Assembly: GCA_963668315.1 (NCBI GenBank)
Contig: OY764216.1
Coordinates: 2,752,001 to 2,816,000, forward strand
DNA: 64,000 bases
Source of the DNA: Spirochaetia bacterium
GTDB taxonomy: Bacteria; Spirochaetota; Spirochaetia; DSM-2461
Reading direction: 5' to 3'
Shown here: positions 1 to 9,807 of the stretch, in pieces
Layout: every line of letters starts with the position of its first letter
Position numbering within the stretch: the stretch's first letter is position 1
Program-made: the position numbers and the translations under genes
Notes under the pieces: generated by a model
Database searches by the model: none
What the model was told of the DNA's origin: nothing
What the model saw: the letters and a program-made list of their open reading frames with translations, nothing else

Positions 1-251
1 CAGGAGATAGTCTTATGGGATATTCGGAATGTGCAAATGCTTAATAAAATCCGTGATAATTTTGGCGAAACGGCAATGGTTTGCCGTTAAGTTAGGGCGG
101 ATATCCCTAGGAAAGGAGGGGGGAAGAGTCATGAATCATGGAAAAATCCCTCCTCCTTATCCCCGGGAGAATCCTCTCCTGCCGTATGTCCCGGGGATAT
201 AAGTGGCAACTGCACATTGCATAAATATTCCCGATTGACAATATTTAAGCC

Positions 252-938
252 ATGAAACTTGGAATACTGACCATCGGTCAATCCCCGAGAGTCGACTTGA
301 CGAAGGATATCCTGCCTCTTCTGAAGGAAGGGACGGAAGTCGTAGAGAGGGGAGCTTTGGATAATCTGGACAGGGCGGCTGTGGAGAAACTGGCCCCCGT
401 CGAAGAAGGGCATCTCCTCGTGACCCGCATGAAGGACGGCTCCCAGGTCAGGCTGGCGGAGGAGAAGCTGCTCCCTCTCATGCAGGAGGGGATCGACTTT
501 CTGGAAGGGAAGGGATGTTCCATCATCCTCCTTCTGTGTACCGGAGAGTTTCCTCCCTTCAGGCACAGCGCCCTTCTTATCCGGCCGCAGGAACTGCTGA
601 ATCAGGTCGTCGGTCTTATAGCCGACGGACTTCCCCTGGGCGTGATGGTTCCCGACAGCAGACAGATCTCCCAGGCTCGGATGCGCTGGGAGGGAAAAAC
701 CGCCCGTCTTTCCCTTGCGTCCGGTTCTCCCTACCTGGATAGGGAAGGGATCAGAGATGCGGGGTTCCGGCTGAAAGAAGCGTCACCCTCTCTGATTTTT
801 CTGGATTGCATGGGCTACACCGTTGAGATGAAGAAAATTGTTGAGAAGATAACCGGAGCCCGGGTCATTCTTCCCCGAACGCTGATAATAAGAATTATCA
901 ATGAACTGCTGGAGTCAGACCGGCAGGATGAAAAATAG
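252..938 (+). CDS. aroM: AroM family protein (Asp/Glu racemase-like fold)
   Basis: N-terminal LGILTIGQSPRVD, LVTRMKDG, LLLCTG and LDCMGY motifs typical of the AroM family. Confidence 0.85.
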   Translation: MKLGILTIGQSPRVDLTKDILPLLKEGTEVVERGALDNLDRAAVEKLAPVEEGHLLVTRMKDGSQVRLAEEKLLPLMQEGIDFLEGKGCSIILLLCTGEFPPFRHSALLIRPQELLNQVVGLIADGLPLGVMVPDSRQISQARMRWEGKTARLSLASGSPYLDREGIRDAGFRLKEASPSLIFLDCMGYTVEMKKIVEKITGARVILPRTLIIRIINELLESDRQDEK

Positions 939-1009
939 CAGGGAGTGCCGGGATATGTCCCGGCTGTCCCGAATACTGATAAATCAAAAATATAAAATAA
1001 GGAATTGAC

Positions 1010-1942
1010 ATGCTAATCAAACAGGTAATCGAATTATTTGATCTTCTGGACAGCCCCTCGGCCAGCGGAAACATTATAAAGGATTTTTTCCAGACCCGGG
1101 ATATCAATGACGTGACTATCACCGAATTGAAGGGATCCAAAGGAACGACAGACTGCATCAAAGTCGTTATTAATGGCAAGAACGGCCGCAGTTCCGGCGG
1201 ATCGGTTCCCACGCTGGGGATTATCGGCCGTCTGGGAGGGCTGGGTGCCCGTCCCGAGATGATCGGTTTTGTATCCGATGGAGACGGGGCTCTGGCGGCT
1301 CTGGCGGCGGCTCTCAAGCTGGGCGAGATGCACAGCCGCGGCGATATCCTGGAGGGTGATGTCATCATCACGACCCATATCTGCCCCGATGCCCCGACCC
1401 TGGAGCACTATCCCGTTCCCTTCATGAACTCTCCCATCAGCATGGATCAGATGAATGAAGAGGAGATTGACCCCGCCATGGAAATGATCCTCTCCATTGA
1501 TACGACCAAGGGAAACGAAATCATCAATGTAAACGGCATCGCCCTTTCGCCCACGGTGAAGGAAGGATATATTCTTCCCGTCAGTTATGATCTTCTCAAT
1601 GTCATGAAAAGGGTAACCGGTTCGAAACCGGACGTTTTCGCCCTCTCTACCCAGGATATTACCCCCTACAGCAACGAAATGCCCCACGTAAACAGCATTC
1701 TCCAGCCGGCGACGGCGACCAAAGCCCCAGTCGTCGGAGTGGCGGTAACCACGGAAAGTCCCGTTGCGGGATGTGCCACGGGGGCCACCAGCTTCATCAG
1801 CGTTGAACAGGCGGCCCGTTTTGTCGTGGAAGTGGCAAAGGATATCAGCAAGGGAATCTGCTCCTTCTACAGCGAAGACAACTTCCGGGAACTGATCTCC
1901 CGCTACGGCTCAATGGAACATTTGAGCAACCCCGGTAAATAG
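1010..1942 (+). CDS. DUF1177 family protein
   Basis: PTLGIIGRLGGLGARP..GFVSDGDGA, THICPDAPT..H.PVPFM and SIDTTKGN motifs; directly downstream of aroM; RBS AAGGA. Confidence 0.85.
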   Translation: MLIKQVIELFDLLDSPSASGNIIKDFFQTRDINDVTITELKGSKGTTDCIKVVINGKNGRSSGGSVPTLGIIGRLGGLGARPEMIGFVSDGDGALAALAAALKLGEMHSRGDILEGDVIITTHICPDAPTLEHYPVPFMNSPISMDQMNEEEIDPAMEMILSIDTTKGNEIINVNGIALSPTVKEGYILPVSYDLLNVMKRVTGSKPDVFALSTQDITPYSNEMPHVNSILQPATATKAPVVGVAVTTESPVAGCATGATSFISVEQAARFVVEVAKDISKGICSFYSEDNFRELISRYGSMEHLSNPGK

Positions 1943-1950
1943 TTCTCTCC

Positions 1951-1999
1951 AGAGACTTCCTTCCCTTTTGTTGACGGGGAGGGGAGTCTCTTTTTTTTT
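1951..1999 (+). terminator. Rho-independent terminator
   Basis: Stem AGAGACTTCCTTCCC / GGGGAGGGGAGTCTCT followed by a T-run, between convergent genes. Confidence 0.8.
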
Positions 2000-2000
2000 C

Positions 2001-3503
2001 TCAGGACTCCACGGAATAGATTAGGTCCAGTTTTAATCCCAGCTGCATTACCAGAATGCCTTCCTGGCTTTTCAGGTCCAGGCTGGTAAGAGATTTGATC
2101 TTCTCCATCCGCTGGTACAGGGTGTTTCTGTGGATCCCCAGCTCTTCGGATGCTTCGGATATGTGAAACTCCTTCCTGGCCAGAATATCCATGGTCTTCA
2201 GCAGATTCTCATTGTATTCGGCATCGTTCTTTCTCAAAGTCAGAATCGTGTTGTTATAGAGCCTCTGAAGAATCGGATTATCCTTCTGCCCGATAAGGAA
2301 GTGGTAGAGGAGCAGATCGTTGAAGGTGAGGAATTTCTTGCTGTGGGGAAAGAGGGACTGACCGACCCGCAGGCTGAACAGGGCGTCCTGGTAAGCCATG
2401 CGGAGGTCAAACAGATCCTGGTAGGCCCGACTGTTTCCGACGACGCACTCCAGCTGGGGATAATTCCTCTCAATTCTGTCCATCAGGGCGAATACCCGGT
2501 TGGCGGCAGTGGCATCGCTCTCATCGCCCTTCTCGTGGATGGAGATGACCTGCTCCTGGTCAAAGAGAAAATAGTTGTCCGGAAAAGCCTTCTCGCACAG
2601 ATGGATAATCACATCGGGGTTATGGACGGACCTGTTGAAGTTCCTCAGCTTCAGAATCCAGATATACCGTAATCCCTCAAAGGGAATATGGTAGATGTCG
2701 CACTCCTTCTTGACCCCGTCCCTGTGGGAAATCAGCCCGTAGATGATGCTCATGAGGAATTCGCTTTTTTTCTTCTTCTCCTGCACGGGCAGACGGGAAT
2801 CGCCGATGCGCGCCATGAGAAGATAGGGCCTGAGCAGTTTCCGCTGCAGGATATCGGGAGCCATATTCGTCGGGAGAGCCTGGAAGAACACATAACCCGA
2901 AACGTGTCCGTAGGACATCATAACGTAGCCGTACCATCTGCTTGTATCATGATGAAAGAGTATTTCCTCCGTGCCTGTACCCGAAAAGGAGAGTTCGTTG
3001 TCCAGATGGACCGACCAGTCCTGGAAGGGAATGGACAGGGGCCTGTTGACCCTCGTGTCGGTTAAGAGCCTCTTGTCCTGCCCCAGGATTATCAGGTCAA
3101 TTCCTGTAACGGCCATGACAAGGGAGCAGGTATTGACCAGGTTGAAATGGGAGCTGCCGCTCAGGTTGTTCAGCGACTCCTTCAGTTCATCGAAGAGGGA
3201 GTCCGGATCATCGGGATCGATTAACTCTTCCGGAGTGGAGGCAAAGCGCAAGGCTGAGCGGAAGGGCTGTAATATTTTCTCAATCTCATCCTGCCTTTCC
3301 GGCTGGACATTGACAATGACGGTGGATCTGATCTCTTTGATCTTGAAGAATTCCATGGCGGAAAGCAGCTCTTTCCCTGTGAAGAAGAGGGGGAAAAGGC
3401 AGACGCTGCAGGAGGGGGTCAGACGATTGAGATCGGCCGGGGTAAAAACGATCCGGATATCTTTTTTGGGAATAAACGGTCTGTGGCTCTCCTCGGTACT
3501 CAT
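2001..3503 (-). CDS. PucR/CdaR family transcriptional regulator
   Basis: C-terminal HTH ISEASEELGIHRNTLYQRMEKI preceded by a GGDEF-like region (VVGNSRAY..L..AYQDA). Confidence 0.85.
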   Translation of the reverse strand: MSTEESHRPFIPKKDIRIVFTPADLNRLTPSCSVCLFPLFFTGKELLSAMEFFKIKEIRSTVIVNVQPERQDEIEKILQPFRSALRFASTPEELIDPDDPDSLFDELKESLNNLSGSSHFNLVNTCSLVMAVTGIDLIILGQDKRLLTDTRVNRPLSIPFQDWSVHLDNELSFSGTGTEEILFHHDTSRWYGYVMMSYGHVSGYVFFQALPTNMAPDILQRKLLRPYLLMARIGDSRLPVQEKKKKSEFLMSIIYGLISHRDGVKKECDIYHIPFEGLRYIWILKLRNFNRSVHNPDVIIHLCEKAFPDNYFLFDQEQVISIHEKGDESDATAANRVFALMDRIERNYPQLECVVGNSRAYQDLFDLRMAYQDALFSLRVGQSLFPHSKKFLTFNDLLLYHFLIGQKDNPILQRLYNNTILTLRKNDAEYNENLLKTMDILARKEFHISEASEELGIHRNTLYQRMEKIKSLTSLDLKSQEGILVMQLGLKLDLIYSVES

Positions 3504-3657
3504 AACTATAGTTTACGGGAAAAATCCCGGCTGTTCTACTGCAATTCAGGGAAAAATGTCCTATCGCAGGAACTGGGGCGCATCCCGGGAATAAATCCGG
3601 CGGTCCCTTCGTTATACGGTCCGCTCTTCGCCTGGGGGAAAAGAACGCGCTGTCCCC

Positions 3658-4758
3658 TCAGTTCTTCCTGAATATCCCTTCCGCGGCCCTTTTCTCCACC
3701 ACATTGAGAACCAGGGGCTGGGAGAGATCATCCTGGCTCTGCTGCCAGGTGACATAATACTTATCCCCGAATTCCAATACGTCCGCGTATCGGCTCGTTC
3801 TCATGCCCATGGGGCTCAGGAAAGAAGGTTTGTATCGGGAAATCCTTTCGAAGGTGGTCACATCCTCGTTTGAGATAACGGCGAGTCCTCCGATCTCTTC
3901 GCAGGAGAATCCCCGCGGCCTTTTCACGGCGCCGGCATGTTCGTCCAGCTGTCTGAGCGATTCCCCGCCGTCATAAAAGAGGGCGGTGATTTTTTCATCC
4001 GATTCAACGGGGAGATCAATCAGGGAGGTCCCCCGGGTGATGGCCACATCCCAGGTATTGCCCCGGGGGAAAATGTTGTATGACGCCCTTCGGAACTTCT
4101 TCTCTCCCCGGGGACGCACCATGAACCCCGTATCGGAGGAGCTCCAGCAGAAGGGGTGATGGCAGAAGAGAAGCCAGGTGTCTCCGTTCTCGCAGTCATA
4201 GACGAAGGGGTCTTTCACATTGATGGTGGTGAGATCTTCGCTGCGATGGATTTCTCTGACCGGGGAGTTCTGGAGCTTCTCAACGGAGGGGGCGGATTTA
4301 TAATCGATGCTCCATATACCCGTTCCCGGTTTCAGGTAATCGGCGAACTCCCCCGTATAGACGCGTCCCTTCTTCTCTGTGGAGATGAACAGTTCCACGT
4401 CTCCTCCCGCCGTTCTGTGCAGGGCGCATCCTTCTATGGAGAGCACTTCCAGATCACCCACGTTCAGGTCTGCCTTGTTCATGGATACGACTTTTTTCCA
4501 GTTCTTCCCTTCGTCGTCCGATCGCCAGATGGCCAGTTCGCAGCCCCTGGTTCCCAGTTTCACTCCCGTTCGGGAATCACCGCCGCTGCGGTAGCGGCCG
4601 CAGACGTAAAGACTGCCTTTCCACTCTATCATGTTGCCGCCTCCGAACCAGAAGCCGCTCTTCTGTTCCTGGGCGGGAATGATGACAGAAGCCTTTTCCT
4701 GGTCCATCAGCAAAGCGCCGAACTGTTCTATCTTCTCTGTCAGCTGTTTGTCTATCAT
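3658..4758 (-). CDS. Uncharacterised beta-propeller glycosidase-like (sialidase/Asp-box) protein
   Basis: Asp-box SDDEGKNW and KDP motif; RBS AAGGAG; divergent from a sugar ABC operon. Confidence 0.55.
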   Translation of the reverse strand: MIDKQLTEKIEQFGALLMDQEKASVIIPAQEQKSGFWFGGGNMIEWKGSLYVCGRYRSGGDSRTGVKLGTRGCELAIWRSDDEGKNWKKVVSMNKADLNVGDLEVLSIEGCALHRTAGGDVELFISTEKKGRVYTGEFADYLKPGTGIWSIDYKSAPSVEKLQNSPVREIHRSEDLTTINVKDPFVYDCENGDTWLLFCHHPFCWSSSDTGFMVRPRGEKKFRRASYNIFPRGNTWDVAITRGTSLIDLPVESDEKITALFYDGGESLRQLDEHAGAVKRPRGFSCEEIGGLAVISNEDVTTFERISRYKPSFLSPMGMRTSRYADVLEFGDKYYVTWQQSQDDLSQPLVLNVVEKRAAEGIFRKN

Positions 4759-4784
4759 ATAGAAAAAATCTCCTTGTCTTAATG

Positions 4785-4816
4785 CGTCGTATAGCGATAT
4801 ATTACACCGCGATATA
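4785..4816. promoter_or_regulatory. Two overlapping 17-bp candidate operator boxes (consensus approx. TATTRYnnnGCGATATA) over the leftward promoter
   Basis: CGTCGTATAGCGATATA (4785-4801) and TATTACACCGCGATATA (4800-4816); minus-strand TTGACT-16-TGTAAT overlaps them. Confidence 0.55.
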
Positions 4817-4917
4817 ATAAGGAGTCAAGAAGTAAATGAAAGAATGAAACTTATTTAATATCTCATATATATAGATATACTGTCATTTATACAAAAATGA
4901 ACGTTTGAAGAAAGGGC

Positions 4918-4972
4918 GTAAAAAAAATTGACAGATAATTTATAGAGGTATAATATGTAATGGTGCGATATA
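4918..4972 (+). promoter_or_regulatory. Sigma70-type promoter of the ABC operon plus a third operator box
   Basis: A-tract, TTGACA (4928-4933), TATAAT (4949-4954; 15-nt spacer) or TAATAT (17-nt spacer); box TGTAATGGTGCGATATA at 4956-4972. Confidence 0.65.
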
Positions 4973-5021
4973 AAGAGAAGATCGACTTTTCAGAGTATGA
5001 TTTTTTCAAGGGAGGATCGAT

Positions 5022-5975
5022 TTGAAATCATCGGCGACAGCCCCTGAACTGGGAAGGACTGTATCACTATCCCGAAGAAATAAGGTGCGAATCAACCTGT
5101 GGTGCTGGGCCTTTCTGCTGCCCGCCTTGGTGATGTATGTCCTTTTCCAGGGATGGCCCATTGCGGCAAGCGTCTACTACTCTTTTCTTGACTGGTCAGG
5201 CCTCACCACGGCTACGGAGTGGGTGGGACTGGATAACTACTTCAATCTATTCAGGGATGAGCAATTCTGGAATGCCTTCGCCATCAGCTTTAAATACGCT
5301 CTCCTTTTTGTACCCGTCATGCTGGTCGTTTCTCTTCTTTTCGCCTATGTTCTTAACAAGACAACCCTGAAGGGGCGGCGGATTTACCGTACCCTCTATT
5401 TTGTTCCCGTCATAACGACACCGGCCATCGTGGGTATCGTTATGGTTTTCATCTGGAGTGTACAGGGACCCGTCAATTTTATCTTCATGCAGAGTGGTCT
5501 CTTCGAGAGGCCCCTGAACTTCCTGGGGACCAGCAGCACCGCCCTGGGGACGGTTCTCTTCATTTCCATCTGGAAAAACATGGGAATCTATATGATTTAC
5601 TGGCTGGCCGGACTACAGAGCGTGCCCCGGGAGGTCATTGAAGCGGCCACTATCGACGGAGCGTCGGAGAGACGGATTTTCTATTCCATCATTATGCCTC
5701 TCATCAAGCCCATCGCGGGTGTGATCGCCATTCTCTGTTTCATTAACGCCCTGAAGGTTTTCGATATCATCAAGACCATGACCGACGGCGGACCCTTCTA
5801 TTCGACCGATGTGGTGGCCACCTTCATCTACAGGACGGCTTTCTCCAGTGAGATTGGCCTTCCCCGGCTGGGGTATGCCAGCGCCGGGGCTACCGTTTTC
5901 GGGCTTGTTGTCATATTAGTCGGGCTGCTCACCAATACGGTGAAGAATCGCCTCGAATCGAGCAGGATGATATAA
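5022..5975 (+). CDS. Carbohydrate ABC transporter permease
   Basis: Multiple TM helices, EAA loop EAATIDGAS; TTG start after GGAGG. Confidence 0.92.
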   Translation: MKSSATAPELGRTVSLSRRNKVRINLWCWAFLLPALVMYVLFQGWPIAASVYYSFLDWSGLTTATEWVGLDNYFNLFRDEQFWNAFAISFKYALLFVPVMLVVSLLFAYVLNKTTLKGRRIYRTLYFVPVITTPAIVGIVMVFIWSVQGPVNFIFMQSGLFERPLNFLGTSSTALGTVLFISIWKNMGIYMIYWLAGLQSVPREVIEAATIDGASERRIFYSIIMPLIKPIAGVIAILCFINALKVFDIIKTMTDGGPFYSTDVVATFIYRTAFSSEIGLPRLGYASAGATVFGLVVILVGLLTNTVKNRLESSRMI

Positions 5976-5978
5976 AAA

Positions 5979-6872
5979 ATGGGGAGTGTCGCTTTGTCAA
6001 ATGTCAAGATGAAAATAAGATCGGGAAAGGGTGCCTCATTGCTGTCTATGAAAAGCCTGAGGGGCCTTCTGGCCCATGGGATTCTCATCTCTCTGGCCCT
6101 GATGTGGATCTACCCCTTTGTCTGGATGATTACGGCATCCTTCAAATCTCAAAAGGAGTTTTTCGGGAGTAAGCTGAAGCTTCTGCCCGCTGCACCTACT
6201 TTTGAGAATATTCTGAGGGTATGGAACATGGATAATTTTTCCATTTACTTCCTGAATACGGTTATCGTGACCGTGTCGGTTGTCTTTATTGTTCTGGCCA
6301 TCACGGCTATGGCCGGTTATGTCTTCGGACGGTATAATTTCATCGGAAGGAAGATTATACTCCTTATTTTCATATCCAGCATCACGATCCCCATGATCAG
6401 CACGATGATCCCCGTATACGAGATCGTCAGGAAGATGGGGCTTATAGGCACGCGAACGGGATTGATCCTGGCTTCCGCGGGGGGTGCCCATGTCATATTC
6501 CTCCTGCTCTTCATGTCCTATTTCCGCCAGCTCCCCAAAGCTCTGGAGGAGGCGGCCATGATGGACGGTTGCAATTTCTGGCAGGTTTTCCGCCACGCCA
6601 TGTTCCCCCTTGCCAAGCCGATCGCCACGACGGTCATCATCATGGAATCGGTCTGGACCTGGAACGATTTCCTACGACCCCTTGTCCTGACTCTTAACAA
6701 TCCCTCCGCACGGACACTCGCCGTGGGACTCTATGCGTTCAAGGGGGAGAATATCATTGACTGGACCGGCATCGCTGCGGGGGGGACCATTGCCATCGTG
6801 CCCGTCATCATACTGTTCATCTCCCTTCAGAAGTACTTCGTCGACGGCGTGGCCGGAGCTGTGAAGAGTTAA
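5979..6872 (+). CDS. Carbohydrate ABC transporter permease
   Basis: EAAMMDGC, WNDFLRPL, C-terminal QKYFVDGVAGAVK. Confidence 0.92.
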   Translation: MGSVALSNVKMKIRSGKGASLLSMKSLRGLLAHGILISLALMWIYPFVWMITASFKSQKEFFGSKLKLLPAAPTFENILRVWNMDNFSIYFLNTVIVTVSVVFIVLAITAMAGYVFGRYNFIGRKIILLIFISSITIPMISTMIPVYEIVRKMGLIGTRTGLILASAGGAHVIFLLLFMSYFRQLPKALEEAAMMDGCNFWQVFRHAMFPLAKPIATTVIIMESVWTWNDFLRPLVLTLNNPSARTLAVGLYAFKGENIIDWTGIAAGGTIAIVPVIILFISLQKYFVDGVAGAVKS

Positions 6873-7012
6873 AGGGCTCTCTTTTGCATCTTGAATCCGG
6901 TACTGAGCTGTACATGTCAAAAATTAAGAACATAGGAAAATATAATAGGGTGTGCACTTTTCCGCGGCAGAGCGGGGAAATTGTATAAAAGTTTATTTTT
7001 GGAGGAAATTTT

Positions 7013-8455
7013 ATGAAAAAATTTTTGTTGGCCCTGTTGGCCGGAATTCTGATTATCGGTTTTCTGCCGGCGAACGGATCAAAGGAGGACAGCGGTACGG
7101 AGGGAAAAACCGTCCTGAGAGTGATAGACTGGAGCGACAGTACCGCTGAATATAAAAAACAGTTCAACGAGCAGTATATGGCGGATCATCCGGATATTAT
7201 CATCGAATATACCGTTATGACGATCGATCAGTTCAAGACGTCTGTCATCAATTCGATTAAATCCGGAGGGGCTCCCGATCTTTTCCCCTATCCGGTGGGA
7301 TTCAATCTTCCCATGGCCGTTTCCGAAGACTGGTTTACCCCTTTGAACGATCTGGTCCCCTCTGATTTCTGGGACACCGTGGATCCCGGCGCCGTTGCCG
7401 AAGGAGTCGGTTCCATGGACGGGAACTATTATGTTCTTCCCGAAGTGGCTCCTCTGTCGAACGAACTCATTTTCTATAACCAGGATGTACTCGATGCCGC
7501 GGGCATTAAAAAGCTCCCCGCGACCTACTCGGAATTCCTTGATGTCAACAGGAGAATCTCCGAGGCGGGCAAGGGGCAATATTACGGATTTATCGAAGGG
7601 GGGAAGCAGGTTAACCGGCTCTACGGGCTTGTCGCCGGCTTCTCCAATGTGGCGGGGGGCAGACTTCCCCCCTTCAATTACGCTCTGACCCATAACGGTC
7701 GGATAAGCTATGACACTCCCGCCGTTCTGGGCGCCTTCGCTCTCTTCGATCAGCTTTTCAAAGATGGATCGGTACATCCCGATTCCATCAATATATCCGC
7801 TCCCGAGGCACGGGAGTATTTCGCCCAGGGGCAGGCGGCCTTCATTATGCAGGGAATCTGGTGTATCGGTATCTGGGAAAAGACCCATCCCGAGATGAAT
7901 TTCGGCGTTATGCCCGTTCCCAAGCCCGACGGGGGAGCCTCCGGGAAGCTTTATCTGCCCCATTATAACGGATGGATGGGTGTTTACAGCCAGTCCCAGC
8001 ACCCCAGGGAAGCGGCGGAGTATCTTATCGCTTCCTATAACTACGGCAGCGACGCCTATCATTATCAGGACGATCTGACGGCCAAGGGGGGGCAGATCTC
8101 CATCATCAAGGGCGTTGCCGAGAAAAATCTGACCAACCCCCGGGTCAGGCAGTATTACGAAACGTCGAAAGCAGAGGCGGTTATCTACCCCAAAGCCGCG
8201 TCACGGGATCCGAAGGCCTATGATTTCTACAGCGAGGTCGTGGATGTACAGCCCAGCGCGGGTATCATTCTTCAGGGTGTTCTCTCAGGCAGTATCCCCG
8301 ATTACGAGGCAGAATTGACGAAACTCTCCGATAAGCTCACAGCCGAATGGAAAAGAGCTTCCGAGGCCATCGGTCTGGATTTCGGTGTTTTCGAGTTTCC
8401 CAACTGGGATCCCATGGTCAACTATACCAATGAGGATTACGGGGAACTGAAATAA
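7013..8455 (+). CDS. Carbohydrate ABC extracellular solute-binding protein
   Basis: Signal peptide, APDLF, IFYNQDVL, FAQGQAAFIMQG (SBP_bac_1-like). Confidence 0.9.
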   Translation: MKKFLLALLAGILIIGFLPANGSKEDSGTEGKTVLRVIDWSDSTAEYKKQFNEQYMADHPDIIIEYTVMTIDQFKTSVINSIKSGGAPDLFPYPVGFNLPMAVSEDWFTPLNDLVPSDFWDTVDPGAVAEGVGSMDGNYYVLPEVAPLSNELIFYNQDVLDAAGIKKLPATYSEFLDVNRRISEAGKGQYYGFIEGGKQVNRLYGLVAGFSNVAGGRLPPFNYALTHNGRISYDTPAVLGAFALFDQLFKDGSVHPDSINISAPEAREYFAQGQAAFIMQGIWCIGIWEKTHPEMNFGVMPVPKPDGGASGKLYLPHYNGWMGVYSQSQHPREAAEYLIASYNYGSDAYHYQDDLTAKGGQISIIKGVAEKNLTNPRVRQYYETSKAEAVIYPKAASRDPKAYDFYSEVVDVQPSAGIILQGVLSGSIPDYEAELTKLSDKLTAEWKRASEAIGLDFGVFEFPNWDPMVNYTNEDYGELK

Positions 8456-8607
8456 TCCGGTGTCCGGGCGGGGAGCGGAACCGGAAAAGCGGAAGCCGTT
8501 CCCTTTTGCCTATTTACCTGACGATTATTGCGGGACAGGTCCAAAAAGTATATGATGGATTTACAGCTTAGAAGAAAAGGCGAGTACAGGAAAGCAGCGG
8601 CAAAGGG

Positions 8608-9717
8608 ATGATTGATAACGAACGAAAGATTCTGCATGTGATAGCCCGGAACGGGAGCATGACCAAAAAGGAGATAGCCGATTCACTGAATCTCAGCTGG
8701 GCGACCGTTGTGAAGATAACCAAGCGGCTGGAGCAGTCCGGGTATATCAAGTTCTCCGGCAGGCCGGAACGAAAGAATGTCCAGGGAGTGGATTCGGCCG
8801 TTTTCGCATTGAAAAGGAACAATCCCACCGCTATCGGCATCGATCTGGGATATAGCGAGACAAGTATCATCGTATCCAATCTGAGCGATCAGATCCTCTA
8901 TCAGAAAACCCTTTCCAATCCTACTCTGTCGACGGTGGAGGATATAGCTTCCTTTCTGGAGTCCTGTATCGAAGAGACTCTGGAGGCGAATAGGGAAGGG
9001 TGGGAAATCCACGGTGTGGGGATCGGAGCGCCTGCCTTCCTCCTTCCCGATAAAAGGGATATTTACCCCCCCCTGCAGGAAATCCTGAACGACAGGTTCC
9101 ATCTGCCGATTCATATCGACAGCAGCGTGAGAGGATTTGCCCTCTATAAGCGTTTCAAGCATAACATAGAGGGCGATTATGTCGTGTTGACCGTACGGAC
9201 CGGTATCGGACTGGGAATAATTCTCAATAACAGCCTTTACCGGGGCGAATCCCATATGGCGGGCGAGATCAGCCATACCTTTATACCCGGTCTTGAAGGA
9301 CTGTGCCGCTGCGGCCAGACGGGCTGTCTGGAAACGGGGCTGAACTATCATATCCTGTCGGAAGATTATTACAGGATCGCCGCCGAAGCGGGGGAGCCGG
9401 TCAATGTTCCCAATCCTCCCGCCGTCCTGATGAAACTGGCCGCCGAAGGGATTCCCCAGGCCAGGGAAATACTGGAGCGGCGGAGCGGGATCCTGGCCAG
9501 GGCCATCATGCCCCTGCTTCTGATTCTTAACATCTCACGGATTACCATTGCGGGGCAGTTCGGGGACGGGGGCGCTCTGTTCGCCAATATGGTGGATAAA
9601 GCCCTCTCTGAGATGCTTTCTTTGAGAATCGATCACAAAATAAATTATGAAAAACTGGAAGTGCTGGATTTCGCCATTGGGGCCTCCCATATGGTTTTAG
9701 AGAAGTTTATTTACTGA
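8608..9717 (+). CDS. ROK family transcriptional regulator
   Basis: N-terminal wHTH (MTKKEIADSLNLSWATV), AIGIDLG, GIGLGII, AGEISH and Zn motif CRCGQTGCLE. Confidence 0.92.
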   Translation: MIDNERKILHVIARNGSMTKKEIADSLNLSWATVVKITKRLEQSGYIKFSGRPERKNVQGVDSAVFALKRNNPTAIGIDLGYSETSIIVSNLSDQILYQKTLSNPTLSTVEDIASFLESCIEETLEANREGWEIHGVGIGAPAFLLPDKRDIYPPLQEILNDRFHLPIHIDSSVRGFALYKRFKHNIEGDYVVLTVRTGIGLGIILNNSLYRGESHMAGEISHTFIPGLEGLCRCGQTGCLETGLNYHILSEDYYRIAAEAGEPVNVPNPPAVLMKLAAEGIPQAREILERRSGILARAIMPLLLILNISRITIAGQFGDGGALFANMVDKALSEMLSLRIDHKINYEKLEVLDFAIGASHMVLEKFIY

Positions 9718-9759
9718 TGGAAGCCGTTCGAAATAAGGGACGGAGTCGTTGGGGGATAA

Positions 9760-9793
9760 TATATCGTCAGACAATATATTATCCCGCTATATA
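9760..9793. promoter_or_regulatory. Pair of candidate operator boxes upstream of GH3
   Basis: TATATCGTCAGACAATA (9760-9776, reverse orientation) and TATTATCCCGCTATATA (9777-9793) resemble the boxes at 4785-4972. Confidence 0.55.
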
Positions 9794-9807
9794 AAAATGG
9801 AGAGAAG

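Noticed and set aside
62..84. Sigma54-like GGC...TTGC element upstream of aroM
   Set aside because: Spacing between the GG and GC elements does not fit the strict -24/-12 rule
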